This document shows positions 51,808 through 63,485 of a stretch of 64,000 nucleotides of DNA, piece after piece. Below the pieces are notes generated by a model, which saw nothing but the letters and a program-made list of their open reading frames with translations, ran no database searches and was not told the DNA's origin. Origin of the DNA: an uncultured Actinomycetota bacterium (GTDB taxonomy: Bacteria > Actinomycetota > Actinomycetes > JACCUZ01); contig CAWARY010000020.1 of NCBI GenBank assembly GCA_963784645.1, positions 86,899 to 150,898 on the forward strand. The letters are read 5' to 3'. A program made the position numbers and the translations under genes. The first letter of the stretch is position 1. Every line of letters begins with the position of its first letter.

Positions 51808-51877
51808 TCGTTTGCGACCTCGGCCCCCGACACGCCGGCGCTTCGTCCGGCGAGTCGGGGCACGAGGTCGCAAACGA
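51808..51877. promoter_or_regulatory. A 15-bp perfect inverted repeat (TCGTTTGCGACCTCG-N40-CGAGGTCGCAAACGA) enclosing nested GC-rich inverted repeats, in the 5' region of parC
   Basis: Read from the sequence. It lies 30 nt after the acyl-CoA synthetase stop and about 140 nt upstream of the parC GTG. Confidence 0.45.
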
Positions 51878-52018
51878 TCACCCGTGGACGGCGGGAGGCC
51901 GCTGGGGCGGCGAACCTGGGGCGGCGGAGGCCCCGGTGGCGGGTCGCTGCCGGGTCCCGTCCGGGGGCCGGGGCAGGATGGGACGGACCCCCCTCCCGAC
52001 CCGCCAGGAGCTCCACCC

Positions 52019-54496
52019 GTGGCACGCAGGACCAAGACTCGCAGCGAATCGTCCGACGGCGGCGACTACACCGAGAACATCGTCGACATCGACGTCTCCG
52101 ACGAGATGCAGGGCTCGTACCTCGAGTACGCCTACTCGGTCATCTACGCCCGCGCCCTTCCCGACGCGCGCGACGGCCTCAAGCCGGTGCACCGGCGGAT
52201 CCTCTACCGGATGGCCGAGATGGGCCTGCGGCCCGACCGCGGGCACGTGAAGTGCGCCCGCGTCGTCGGTGACGTGATGGCGACGCTGCACCCCCACGGC
52301 GACACCGCGATCTACGACACCCTCGTCCGGATGGCCCAGCCGTGGTCGCTGCGCCTACCGCTGGTCGACGGGCACGGCAACTTCGGCAGCCTCGGCAACG
52401 ACGACCCGCCGGCTGCCTACCGCTACACCGAGTGCCGGCTGACACCCGCCGCGCTCGCGGTCACCGAGGGCATCGACGAGGGCGTCGTCGACCTCCGACC
52501 CAACTACGACGACCGGGAGATGGAGCCCGAGGTCCTGCCCTCGGCCTTCCCCAACCTGCTGGTCAACGGCGCCTCCGGGATCGCCGTCGGCATGGCCACC
52601 AACATGCCGCCGCACAACCTGGTCGAGGTCGTGTCCGCGGCGAGGCATCTCATCAAGCACCCCGACGCCGGCCTCGACGACCTCATGCGGTTCGTGCCCG
52701 GCCCCGACCTGCCCACCGGGGGCAAGATCGTCGGCCTCGACGGCATCCGCGAGGCCTACGAGACCGGCAAGGGCACCTTCCGTACCCGGGCCACCGCGCG
52801 GGTCGAGAACGTCACCCCCCGCCGCAAGGGCATCGTCGTCACCGAGCTGCCGTGGGGCGTCGGCCCGGAGCGCGTCAAGGAGAAGATCGCCGACCTGGTC
52901 CGTGGCAAGAAGCTCCAGGGCGTCACCGCCGTCGACGACTACACCGACCGGCACAAGGGCCTGCGGCTCGTCATCGAGGTGAAGAACGGCTTCAACCCCG
53001 AGGCCCTGCTGGAGCAGCTCTACCGGCTGACCCCGCTCGAGGAGACCTTCGGGATCAACAACGTCGCGCTGGTCGAGGGCCAGCCCCGCACGCTCGGCCT
53101 CAAGCAGCTGCTCGAGGTCTACGTCGCGCACCGGCTCGACGTCGTCCGCCGGCGCAGCCTGTTCCGCCGCACCAAGGCGCAGGACCGCCTGCACCTGGTC
53201 GACGGCCTGCTGGTCGCGATCCTCGACATCGACGAGGTCATCCAGGTCATCCGCACCAGCGACGACGCCGCCGCCGCGCGCGAGCGCCTGATGTCGGTCT
53301 TCGAGCTGACGGAGACCCAGGCCACCTACATCCTCGACATGCCGCTGCGCCGGCTCACCAAGTTCTCCCGGATCGAGCTGGAGGCCGAGCAGGAGAAGCT
53401 CCGGCAGCTCATCGCCGAGCTCACCGAGATCATCGACTCCGAGACGCTGCTCCGGAAGACCGTGTCCGACGAGCTGGCCGACATCGCCAAGCAGTTCGGT
53501 ACCCCGCGGCGCACCGTGCTGCTCGAGTCGGCCGGCGTACCGACCACCACCGCGGTGCCGCTCGAGGTCAGCGACGACCCGTGCTGGGTGCTGCTGTCGT
53601 CCACCGGCCTGCTCGCGCGCACCCTCACCGCAGACCCGCTACCCACCGAGGGTGCCCGCGCCAAGCACGACCTGGTGGTCTCGGCGGTACGCACGACCGC
53701 GCGTGGCGAGGTGGCCGTGGTGACGACGGCCGGGCGGCTGGTGCGGCTGGGTGTCCTCGACATGCCGGCACTGCCCGACACCGCGTCCGCACCGCACCTG
53801 TCCGGCGGCGCGCCGGTCACCGAGTTCCTCCCCCTCGAGAAGGACGAGCAGGTGCTCGCTCTGTGCAGCCTGGACGCTGACGGGGCGGACGGCCGCACGC
53901 TGGCGCTGGGCACCGAGCAGGGCGTCGTGAAGCGCGTCGTGCCGGAGCACCTCACCAACAAGGACTCGTGGGAGGTCATCTCCCTGAAGCCCGGCGACCG
54001 GGTGGTCGGGGCCGTCGAGACCCTCTCCGACGAGCGTGAGCTCGTGTTCGTCACCTCCGACGCGCAGCTGCTGCACTTCGACGCGTCGGCGGTCCGTCCC
54101 CAGGGCCGCTCGGCCGGCGGCATGGCCGGCGTCCGGCTCGCGGCAGGCGCCAAGGTGGTGTTCTTCGGCGTGGTCGACCCCGGCATCGAGTCCACGCTGG
54201 TCACCGTGTCGGGCTCGTCGGCCGCGCTCCCGGGTACCGATGCCGGCTCGGTCAAGGTCACGCCGTACGCCGAGTACCCGACCAAGGGGCGCGGCACCGG
54301 TGGGGTGCGCTGCCACCGCTTCCTGCGCGGAGAGGACGTCCTCACGCTCGCCTGGGCGGGCGGTGCGCCGCCACGTGCCTCCGCCGCCACCGGGGTGGCG
54401 GTCGACCTGCCGCCGGCGACCGGCAGGCGCGACGGGTCGGGCGTCGCTGCCGGTCAGCCGATCGCCGCGGTCGGCGGCCCGCTGCCGCCAGGCTGA
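52019..54496 (+). CDS. parC: Type IIA DNA topoisomerase subunit A, ParC-like (topoisomerase IV A / second GyrA paralogue)
   Basis: The catalytic-Tyr region ...[10 protein letters not shown]... and the conserved N-terminus ...[30 protein letters not shown] are present. No GyrA-box (QRRGGKG) was seen in the C-terminal beta-pinwheel region. The GTG start has AGGAG 9 nt upstream. Confidence 0.8.
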   Translation: MARRTKTRSESSDGGDYTENIVDIDVSDEMQGSYLEYAYSVIYARALPDARDGLKPVHRRILYRMAEMGLRPDRGHVKCARVVGDVMATLHPHGDTAIYDTLVRMAQPWSLRLPLVDGHGNFGSLGNDDPPAAYRYTECRLTPAALAVTEGIDEGVVDLRPNYDDREMEPEVLPSAFPNLLVNGASGIAVGMATNMPPHNLVEVVSAARHLIKHPDAGLDDLMRFVPGPDLPTGGKIVGLDGIREAYETGKGTFRTRATARVENVTPRRKGIVVTELPWGVGPERVKEKIADLVRGKKLQGVTAVDDYTDRHKGLRLVIEVKNGFNPEALLEQLYRLTPLEETFGINNVALVEGQPRTLGLKQLLEVYVAHRLDVVRRRSLFRRTKAQDRLHLVDGLLVAILDIDEVIQVIRTSDDAAAARERLMSVFELTETQATYILDMPLRRLTKFSRIELEAEQEKLRQLIAELTEIIDSETLLRKTVSDELADIAKQFGTPRRTVLLESAGVPTTTAVPLEVSDDPCWVLLSSTGLLARTLTADPLPTEGARAKHDLVVSAVRTTARGEVAVVTTAGRLVRLGVLDMPALPDTASAPHLSGGAPVTEFLPLEKDEQVLALCSLDADGADGRTLALGTEQGVVKRVVPEHLTNKDSWEVISLKPGDRVVGAVETLSDERELVFVTSDAQLLHFDASAVRPQGRSAGGMAGVRLAAGAKVVFFGVVDPGIESTLVTVSGSSAALPGTDAGSVKVTPYAEYPTKGRGTGGVRCHRFLRGEDVLTLAWAGGAPPRASAATGVAVDLPPATGRRDGSGVAAGQPIAAVGGPLPPG

Positions 54497-54500
54497 GCCG

Positions 54501-54743
54501 TCAGGCGGTGAAGCCCTCGGACAGGTAGGCGTCCAGGGCCCGGTAGCCCTCGTCGACGTAGGTCAGGAACTGGCGCCCGCCAGGTGGCCAGCCGACCGCG
54601 GCGGGCGGCGGCTGGTCGTCGGCCGGAAGGTGGGCGCAGCCGGTCCCGACCTGGCCGGCGGTGCCGGCCCGGCGCTTGGCGCGCACGATCCAGACCACGG
54701 CGGCCAGGTACCCGCCCGTGAGGATCGCCAGCACGACCAGCAT
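54501..54743 (-). CDS. Small membrane protein of 80 aa
   Basis: MLVVLAILTGGYLAAVVWIVRAKRRAG... has an N-terminal TM helix followed by a basic patch. It lies 5 nt beyond the parC stop on the opposite strand. Confidence 0.35.
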   Translation of the reverse strand: MLVVLAILTGGYLAAVVWIVRAKRRAGTAGQVGTGCAHLPADDQPPPAAVGWPPGGRQFLTYVDEGYRALDAYLSEGFTA

Positions 54744-54800
54744 GGAGTTCTCATCGGCCGGTCCGGCGTCGACCTTCAGCCCCTTTCCGCGATGCGGACG

Positions 54801-55469
54801 TCAGGGAGTGCGCGCCGCCCAGGGCGAGGACGTCAGTCGTTCGTCGAGCGCTCCGCCGGCGACGCAGTCCGGGCTGAGGTACTCCTCGGGCATCTGCGGA
54901 AGGACGTTCCGGACGTATGCCGCGGCCAGCCGCCGCGCCTGCTCGGGGGTGGCGCCGAGGAGCTCCGCGGTGCGGGCGTCACGCTGCACCGCGCGGCACT
55001 CGGCGACCGCCTCCGCCGTCTCGCCGGCCATGTGCATCGCCTCGTGCGTCAGCACGTGCACCGCAACCACCTCGTCGCGGCCGGGGTCCGCCTTGTCCGA
55101 GCCCAGGTAGTCCGCCAGCGCAGCGCACTGGGCCCGCTTGATCAAGGTGGCGTGCTCGGGTACGCCGTCGGCGCCGTACCGCACGTAGCCGAGCTCTGCG
55201 CCCGCGTCGACGAACTCCTGGCCCGCGGTCTGGCAGCGCACCCGGACCGGTGTCCCGACCAGGTCGGTGGCGACCGCCACCAGCCGCTGCTCCAGCCGAT
55301 GGTGACGTACCACGGGCACCAGCAGGGCGGCCCCGACCAGTGCGAGCGCGACCACGGAGACGGCCGGGAAGGGCCTCGGTCGGCCGAGCCCGTCGCGCCG
55401 GCGCAGCCCCCAGCGCGCCGCGAGCGTCAGCGCAGCGGCGAGCAGGGTCAGAGCGGACCAGAGCAGCAC
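54801..55469 (-). CDS. Membrane-anchored hypothetical protein with an HExxH motif (putative zinc-dependent hydrolase)
   Basis: MLLWSALTLLAAALTLAARWGLRRRDG... has an N-terminal TM helix. An ectodomain contains VLTHEAMHMAGE (HEAMH) and several Cys residues. Confidence 0.45.
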   Translation of the reverse strand: MLLWSALTLLAAALTLAARWGLRRRDGLGRPRPFPAVSVVALALVGAALLVPVVRHHRLEQRLVAVATDLVGTPVRVRCQTAGQEFVDAGAELGYVRYGADGVPEHATLIKRAQCAALADYLGSDKADPGRDEVVAVHVLTHEAMHMAGETAEAVAECRAVQRDARTAELLGATPEQARRLAAAYVRNVLPQMPEEYLSPDCVAGGALDERLTSSPWAARTP

Positions 55470-55601
55470 GATGGAGGTATCGGCCGGTCCGGCCCTGCAC
55501 TTGCGGGTTTCCGGTCAGACCAGCGCCTCGCCGACGCTGACCGTGCTGAACACGATCGCTGCGGCGCAGTCGATCCCCACCGAGCTGCTGACGGAGGCGG
55601 G

Positions 55602-57698
<2,097 letters not shown>

Positions 57699-57938
57699 CC
57701 GCCGAGGCTACCGGCGGGCCGGGACAAGGCCCCCGGGCCGCTCCCCGCGACACGCCGTGACGTACCTGTGACGCTGCTGGAGTTCGTCCGTGCTGTGAGA
57801 TGGGCAACAGTAGACAAGCCGGAACGGCCTCTACGCGCAGAGCGAACCAATACTCTGGGGGTCCGGGAACGAACCGGTATGGCCGACGTGTTGACTAGGA
57901 CATCCGAGCACCACTGCACCACGAGAAGAGAGGGCGAC

Positions 57939-58169
57939 GTGACTTCTGCACTTGCCTCGCACCCTCCGCTGACCGCCGCTGACCGCTGCGACCGCTGCGG
58001 CGCACAGGCCTACATCCGGGTGACGATGCCTTCCGGCGGAGAGCTCTTGTTCTGCGCCCACCACGGCCACGCCCACGAGAACAAGCTGCGCGAGCTCGCT
58101 GCCGAGATCCACGACGACAGCTCCCAGCTGACCGCGACGCCCGCCGCTGCTCCCGACGTGGAGCGCTGA
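57939..58169 (+). CDS. Small Cys/His-rich (zinc-ribbon-like) protein of 76 aa
   Basis: GAGAGGG lies 5 nt upstream of the GTG. The motifs CDRCGAQAYIRV....LLFCAHH are present. The gene is divergent from parE. Confidence 0.45.
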   Translation: MTSALASHPPLTAADRCDRCGAQAYIRVTMPSGGELLFCAHHGHAHENKLRELAAEIHDDSSQLTATPAAAPDVER

Positions 58170-58654
58170 GCCGCAGCTCGCCCGCACGACCACCGAAGGG
58201 CCCCGGACATCGTCCGGGGCCTTTCGTCGTCTCCCCGGATGGTGCATGCGCACCACAGGCCCTGCACCCACCTGTCGCTGCGCAGAAGTCTGGTCGCTCC
58301 TCCTTTGTGGTGGTGGTCGTGGCCGTCCCTCGTGGCGGTGCCTGCCGGCGGTCGCAAGCGCCACCCCCCGGACTCCCTCGTCACGCAGGCAGAAGTGACT
58401 TGTGTGCCGGCTCGAGGTCGTGCAGGTATGGCCCGGACGAGCAGCCGACCGACGAGTCCCGTTTCGCCGGGCGCAGTCCGGGCAGTCGGTCACTCGTGAT
58501 ACTTCGATGGGTATGGCGCGCCGTGGCCCTGTTCCTCGGCCGCAAGGCCTGGGCTGCCTGGCAGCGGCGACGCGACCAGCAGGGCCACGCCGACCCCGAC
58601 CGGCGCCGGGCCCCGCGCTGACGGAGGCTGACCCGCGCTGACAGGCTGGGGGCC

Positions 58655-59689
58655 ATGAACCCCGCGGTGCTCGTGGCTCGCCTGTGGCGGCGCGTCGAGC
58701 TGCGGCTGGCCCGCCTCCTGTGGCGGCGGGGGTGGCGGGTGCGCCTGCTGTCGTTCAGCTCCTACGGCGTGAGCGTGGCGCCTGGGCGGCCCGGCTGGGT
58801 CCGGCTCATCGGGCGTGCACTGCTCACCCACACACCGGGTCCCGAGGCCGAGCTCGTCCGGGGCTGGCACCGCTTCATGACGATCCCGCTCGAGGGTGTC
58901 CCGGTCGACGTCACCGTCGGTGGGGTCAGCGCGTCGGTGCGCACCGGTCCCGGCGGTTATGTCGACCACCTCCTCGCAGCCGACCTGACGCCCGGCTGGC
59001 ACGAGCTGACGATGTCCAGCGCCCACGGCGAGGTGGCCCCCGGGCGGGTCCGCATCGTCGGCCCGGACGAGACGTCCGGCCTGGTGAGCGACATCGACGA
59101 CACCGTGATCATCACCGCGCTCCCGCGACCGCTTCGGGCGTTCTGGAACACCTTCGTCCGCCACGAGTCGACCCGGCGGCCGGTTCCGGGGATGGCCGAG
59201 CTCTTCCACCGGCTCCCCGTCGGGGACCCGAGACCGTTCACGGCGTACGTCTCGACCGGGCCTTGGAACGTCGCGCCGAGCCTCGAGCGCTTCCTGGACC
59301 GGCACGGCTACCCCCCGGGCCCTCTGCTCATGACCGACTGGGGCCCCACCGACGAGCGGTGGTTCCGGTCCGGGCGGCAGCACAAGCACGATGCGCTGCG
59401 TCAGCTCCTCGCCGACCTGCCGGGCCTGACCTGGACCCTGGTGGGCGACGACGGGCAGCACGACCCGGCCCTGTACGACGACCTGGTGGCCGAGCACCCG
59501 GACCGGGTGCGACTGGTGCTGATCCGCCAGCTCACGGAGACCGAGCAGATCCTCACCCACGGCACGCCCACGGCGAGGCCGGGCGAGGGCGCCGGCGACC
59601 GCCCGGCGCGGCCCGACGTCCCGGTGCTACGCGCAGGCGACGGGCACGCCCTCGCCCGCTCCGCCGAGGGACTGCGCCCCCGTCCTTGA
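58655..59689 (+). CDS. App1-like phosphatase domain protein (DUF2183)
   Basis: ...LVSDIDDTVIIT... is a DxDxT-type HAD-like motif. ...WTLVGDDGQHDPALY... fits the App1 phosphatidate-phosphatase family. Confidence 0.6.
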   Translation: MNPAVLVARLWRRVELRLARLLWRRGWRVRLLSFSSYGVSVAPGRPGWVRLIGRALLTHTPGPEAELVRGWHRFMTIPLEGVPVDVTVGGVSASVRTGPGGYVDHLLAADLTPGWHELTMSSAHGEVAPGRVRIVGPDETSGLVSDIDDTVIITALPRPLRAFWNTFVRHESTRRPVPGMAELFHRLPVGDPRPFTAYVSTGPWNVAPSLERFLDRHGYPPGPLLMTDWGPTDERWFRSGRQHKHDALRQLLADLPGLTWTLVGDDGQHDPALYDDLVAEHPDRVRLVLIRQLTETEQILTHGTPTARPGEGAGDRPARPDVPVLRAGDGHALARSAEGLRPRP

Positions 59690-59915
59690 CCCAGTGTTGG
59701 TCGGTCCTCGGCGTGCCCGGGGGGCGATCCGGGGTAGTCGCCGTGCATGGACGGGGAGCGGCGCCGACGCCGGGAGGACCTGCTGCGACGCCTCGAGCAG
59801 CGGCGCCCGCGCCGCAGCTACCTGCTGCGGCGGCTGGACGAGCTGGCCCGCCGCCGGGCCAACCGCCGTCGTGGGCAGAGCGGCGAGGATCCGTCCTGAC
59901 CGGTGCGGTCGGTTC

Positions 59916-60368
59916 CTACCCGTCCCCGAGCGCGAGCAGGTCGCGACGGATCTGGGTGACCACCACGACAGCCGGCACACCCAGCTCGGCGGCGATCTCG
60001 CGCGAGGTCATCCGGAACACCATCGCCATGGCGAGGCACTCGTACGGAACCGGGAGCGGCGCACTCGCCGGCGACGTACCGGACGGTGAGAGCGCCGTCA
60101 GCAGCTCCCGGGTGAGGTGGGTCGTGAGCGACGTCCGACGGTCCCACGGGGCCTCGTCGCGGACGAGCCGCACCATACTGCTGACGGCCGCATCGGCGGC
60201 CTGGCGCCGGTCAGGGACGAGGAGCAGACCGGTGCGGTAGAGATGCTCGCCGTGCAGGTCGCACAGATCGTGGACTGCCTCGACCTCGAGGCTCAGCGGC
60301 GGGTCGGCCGCGTCGCGCGGGGGCCTTGGGCGACGTCGGCCCACCTCGGTCTGCCACGAAGCCCCCAT
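59916..60368 (-). CDS. Small sigma-70 region-4-like HTH protein of 150 aa; function unknown
   Basis: The C-terminus, ECLAMAMVFRMTSREIAAELGVPAVVVVTQIRRDL, resembles a sigma region 4 / LuxR-type HTH. The upstream segment DRRQAADAAVSSMVRLVRDEAPWDR resembles sigma region 2. The start is uncertain. Confidence 0.35.
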   Translation of the reverse strand: MGASWQTEVGRRRPRPPRDAADPPLSLEVEAVHDLCDLHGEHLYRTGLLLVPDRRQAADAAVSSMVRLVRDEAPWDRRTSLTTHLTRELLTALSPSGTSPASAPLPVPYECLAMAMVFRMTSREIAAELGVPAVVVVTQIRRDLLALGDG

Positions 60369-60489
60369 GCTGTGCCTCCGACCCTCGGGCTGCCGGGGCT
60401 GGGGCAGCGCGACCTCGCTCGATGTGTCCCCGGCCTACCCGGATTCTCACGACCCGACACCCGGCCTGCCGACGCTTCGGCCCGCAGGC

Positions 60490-60705
60490 CTAGCGGTCTT
60501 CGCTCGCGAAGGACTCCAGATTGCTCCCGTAGGCGTCGGCGCAGCCGGCGCAGCGCGCCGCGCTGTACGGCCGATCGACGGGCCGCAGCTGCTCAGGGTG
60601 CCGGATGCGTGGGCAGTCCTCGCGGGTGTGGAACCGGGACGACGTCTGCGGCGAGCCCTCGGCGCTGTACGGCTCGACCCATCCGCTGGGCGGGGTGTAC
60701 GTCAT
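60490..60705 (-). CDS. Small Cys-containing hypothetical protein of 71 aa
   Basis: Translation begins MTYTPPSGWVEPYSAEGSPQTSSRFHTREDCPRIRHPEQLRPVDRPYSAARCAGCADAYG.... GAGGA lies 8 nt upstream. It has four Cys residues. Confidence 0.3.
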   Translation of the reverse strand: MTYTPPSGWVEPYSAEGSPQTSSRFHTREDCPRIRHPEQLRPVDRPYSAARCAGCADAYGSNLESFASEDR

Positions 60706-61069
60706 GGGGTGTCCTCGGGGCCGGGAGGTACGCCTGCCCCGGGCCTCGGAGCCTGCGTCGGGCAAACCCTACGTCGGCACGGGGCCGCGGGCAGGCACAT
60801 CGGCAGTCGGACCGACGGGCGGGTTGCGTGGGCGGACCATTGTTCCGATGCAGCGATCAGGTCGGTCCCCGCACACTCCCGGGCACGCGACGTCCACGCC
60901 CCGTGGGGCGTCCCGGACAGCCCGGGTGGGTGCGCAGGTGGCAGAGCGGGCGGCCGGGTCTGCACAGCGACCCTCACGCGGGGCCGCTGACCAGCGCCGC
61001 GACAGAGATGGCGAGCGCGTCGGCTACGCGGATCGAGCTCAGCGTCCGGTGCTGCGGGCGGCCGGGTGC

Positions 61070-61303
61070 CTAGTCGGTCTCGTCATCCTGATGCGCAGAT
61101 GACATGGGGAGGATGAGGAGGCGGCCGGTGGGTCGAAGCTCATCCGCCCAGTACAACCGCCGGAGCACGAGACCGGCATCGGTCTCGAACCGCACCAACG
61201 CGCGCGGGCGGCGACCCTCGACGTACCGCCACAGGACCGCGGCGGGTCGCCAGTCACCCATGTACCTCACCAGGACGACCTCGCCCGCCACGTCCGCCCC
61301 CAT
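61070..61303 (-). CDS. Small hypothetical protein of 77 aa; low confidence
   Basis: MGADVAGEVVLVRYMGDWRPAAVLWRYVEGRRPRALVRFETDAGLVLRRLYWADELRPTGRLLILPM... is protein-like, but there is no strong RBS. Confidence 0.25.
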   Translation of the reverse strand: MGADVAGEVVLVRYMGDWRPAAVLWRYVEGRRPRALVRFETDAGLVLRRLYWADELRPTGRLLILPMSSAHQDDETD

Positions 61304-61581
61304 GCTGGCGGCGCCGCGCGTTCCCTGACCCCCCACGGGAGCGGAGCGCGGCGCCAGCTCCGATCTTCCCCTCCAGCAGCCGGCGCCGCCACTGCCCGAT
61401 CGGGCGACAGCCTCATCCGCAGCGCTGATCGTCCACGACGGAGCGTGATCACCTGGGACGGCTCGCCAGACTCCGGTCGTCGGCACTGGAGGCGAGGACA
61501 GCCTGAGTGAGTCCTTCCGACTCGGCCGCACGTGAGTCGCCGGGGACGCGCGGCGTCGGGTGCGTCCTGAGAAGATCGGGC

Positions 61582-62754
61582 ATGGTCAGTGTGCAGGCGG
61601 CGACGCTGGTAGCGCCCCGCCACATCGAAGTCAGGGACTACCCGCTCCCGACGGAGCTCGAGCCAGGAGCCGTCCTGCTACGGATGATCGCGTCCGGCAT
61701 CTGCGGCACGGACAAGCACACGTACCGCGGCGAGACCGTCCAGTACGCCGGTACTGCCTACGAACGGACCACGCCGTTCCCCCTCATCCAGGGTCACGAG
61801 AACCTCGGGACCGTCGAGGCGATCGGCTCCGGAGGAGCCGTGGCTCAGGACGGGTCCTGGTTGCAGGTCGGCGACCGGGTCGTGCCCGCTCCGAATCGAG
61901 CCTGCGGTTCGTGCCGGACCTGTCAGCGAGGGTTTCCGTACTACCTGTGCCGCAATCTCGAGAACTACGGCAACTCGCTCAGCTGCGCCGAGCCGCCGCA
62001 CCTGTTCGGAGGGTGGTCGGAGTACCTCTACCTCAAGCCCCGAACGGCGGTGTTCCGCGTGCCGCCGGATCTGCCGTCGGAGGTCGCGGTCCTGACCGAG
62101 ATCTTCGCCGTCACCCACAGCCTCGAGCGGGTCGCTGCCATCCGCCGGCCCGGTGGCTTCCTGCCGGGCGACACGGTCGCCGTCGTCGGCGTGGGATCGC
62201 TGGGCATGGCCCACCTGGTCAAGGCGGCGCTGATGGGCGCCGGTCGGGTCATCGCCATCGACAAGTCGCCGAAACGGCTGGCGCTGGCGCGGCGGCTCGT
62301 GAACGCTGACGCAGTGGTCGTCGACCACGGCCCCGGCGACCGCGGCGACGACGTACGTGCTCGGGTGAGGGAACTGACCGACGGCGACGGGGCGGACGTG
62401 GTCGTCAATGCGACCGGCTTCCCGGGCTCCTTCGCCACGGCCGTGTCACTGGTCCGCGACGCGGGCACGATCCTCGAGGTCGGAGCCTTCGTCGACATGG
62501 GGCCAGAGGCGTTCAACCCGGCGGTGATCTGCGGACGGAGCCTGACCGTCATGGGGATAGGTGGGGAGGATCTGCAGGCATACGCCCGGACGCTGGCCCT
62601 CCTCGTGCGCCACCGTGACGCCATCCCGTTCGCCGAGATGGTCTCTCACACGTTTCGCATCGCCGATGCGGCCGCTGCCGTGGAGACGTCGCTCGACGCC
62701 GAGAACGCGACGAAGGTCCTCATCTCGAACGTGCTCGCACCGCACACTTCTTGA
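61582..62754 (+). CDS. Zinc-dependent alcohol dehydrogenase (MDR family, threonine/sorbitol dehydrogenase-like)
   Basis: The catalytic Zn motif GICGTDKH..GHE, the structural Zn motif C..C..C (CGSCRTCQRG) and the NAD Rossmann motif VVGVGSLG are present. The start was chosen at MVSVQAATL. Confidence 0.8.
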   Translation: MVSVQAATLVAPRHIEVRDYPLPTELEPGAVLLRMIASGICGTDKHTYRGETVQYAGTAYERTTPFPLIQGHENLGTVEAIGSGGAVAQDGSWLQVGDRVVPAPNRACGSCRTCQRGFPYYLCRNLENYGNSLSCAEPPHLFGGWSEYLYLKPRTAVFRVPPDLPSEVAVLTEIFAVTHSLERVAAIRRPGGFLPGDTVAVVGVGSLGMAHLVKAALMGAGRVIAIDKSPKRLALARRLVNADAVVVDHGPGDRGDDVRARVRELTDGDGADVVVNATGFPGSFATAVSLVRDAGTILEVGAFVDMGPEAFNPAVICGRSLTVMGIGGEDLQAYARTLALLVRHRDAIPFAEMVSHTFRIADAAAAVETSLDAENATKVLISNVLAPHTS

Positions 62755-62898
62755 GCCTGCGACCCCGTCCCCGTGATCCACAGTGGATCTGCTGGAGATT
62801 GTCCAACGGATCCGCTGTGGATCACCGCCTCGTGGCAGGTGCCGTGTACCAGCGGCCGACGCCCGAGGCACGTGTGCCACGTGCGCGGCGCGTCGTGC

Positions 62899-63357
62899 TC
62901 ACGCGGGAGCTGACGGCCGGAGCAGCTGCCGTGCACGGGCGACTGCGAGCAGACCGACAGCCGCGGTGGTCAGCAGCAGGGCGACCCCGCAGGCGACCGA
63001 CCGGCCGGACAAGGCGTCATCGGTGAGATCGCCGTCGAACAGCCCGAAGAGGACGCTGATCAGGCAGATCGCGCCCAGGAGGATGGCCGAGACCTTGCCG
63101 ACCGGCGGCCGGACGTCGCGCGCGGCCAGCAATGCCAGGCCGACCTCCACAGCCACCACGGGCAGAGGTACTGCGGACACGGTGTCGAAGCCCCACACCT
63201 CACCCCACGTGTTGACCCCCGAGGAGACGCCCTCGACGCCGGCGACCAGGTCGACGGCGAGCAAGACCACCGTTGCGAGGACGACACGGCGACCGGAGCC
63301 CACGGACGACACCGTACGCGCGGGAGAAGCGACCTGGGGCAAGCAGCGAGGAGACAT
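62899..63357 (-). CDS. Hypothetical membrane protein with 4 predicted TM helices
   Basis: VVLATVVLLAVDLVAGV...VAVEVGLALLAA...ILLGAICLISVLFGLF...VALLLTTAAVGLLAV are hydrophobic segments. The start is uncertain. Confidence 0.4.
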   Translation of the reverse strand: MSPRCLPQVASPARTVSSVGSGRRVVLATVVLLAVDLVAGVEGVSSGVNTWGEVWGFDTVSAVPLPVVAVEVGLALLAARDVRPPVGKVSAILLGAICLISVLFGLFDGDLTDDALSGRSVACGVALLLTTAAVGLLAVARARQLLRPSAPA

Positions 63358-63485
63358 CGACCGATCGAGAAGGACGCACATTCCCACTCGTGAGTGAGAG
63401 CACTTCTGCCTGACAGGTCCACGAGCGGCGACTACCGGAAGCGTGCAGGTCGAGGGCGAGCTCAGCGATGCTCGGGAGGCATCGC

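Noticed and set aside
58497-58643. 48-aa possible TM peptide (VILRWVWRAVALFLGRKAWAAW...)
   Set aside because: It has no RBS, starts with GTG and is very short. There is insufficient evidence.
59747-59899. 50-aa Arg-rich plus-strand ORF (MDGERRRRREDLLRRLEQRR...)
   Set aside because: It has Arg-rich low complexity of the kind produced by chance in GC-rich DNA, with no RBS. It is mentioned only as part of the low-density island.
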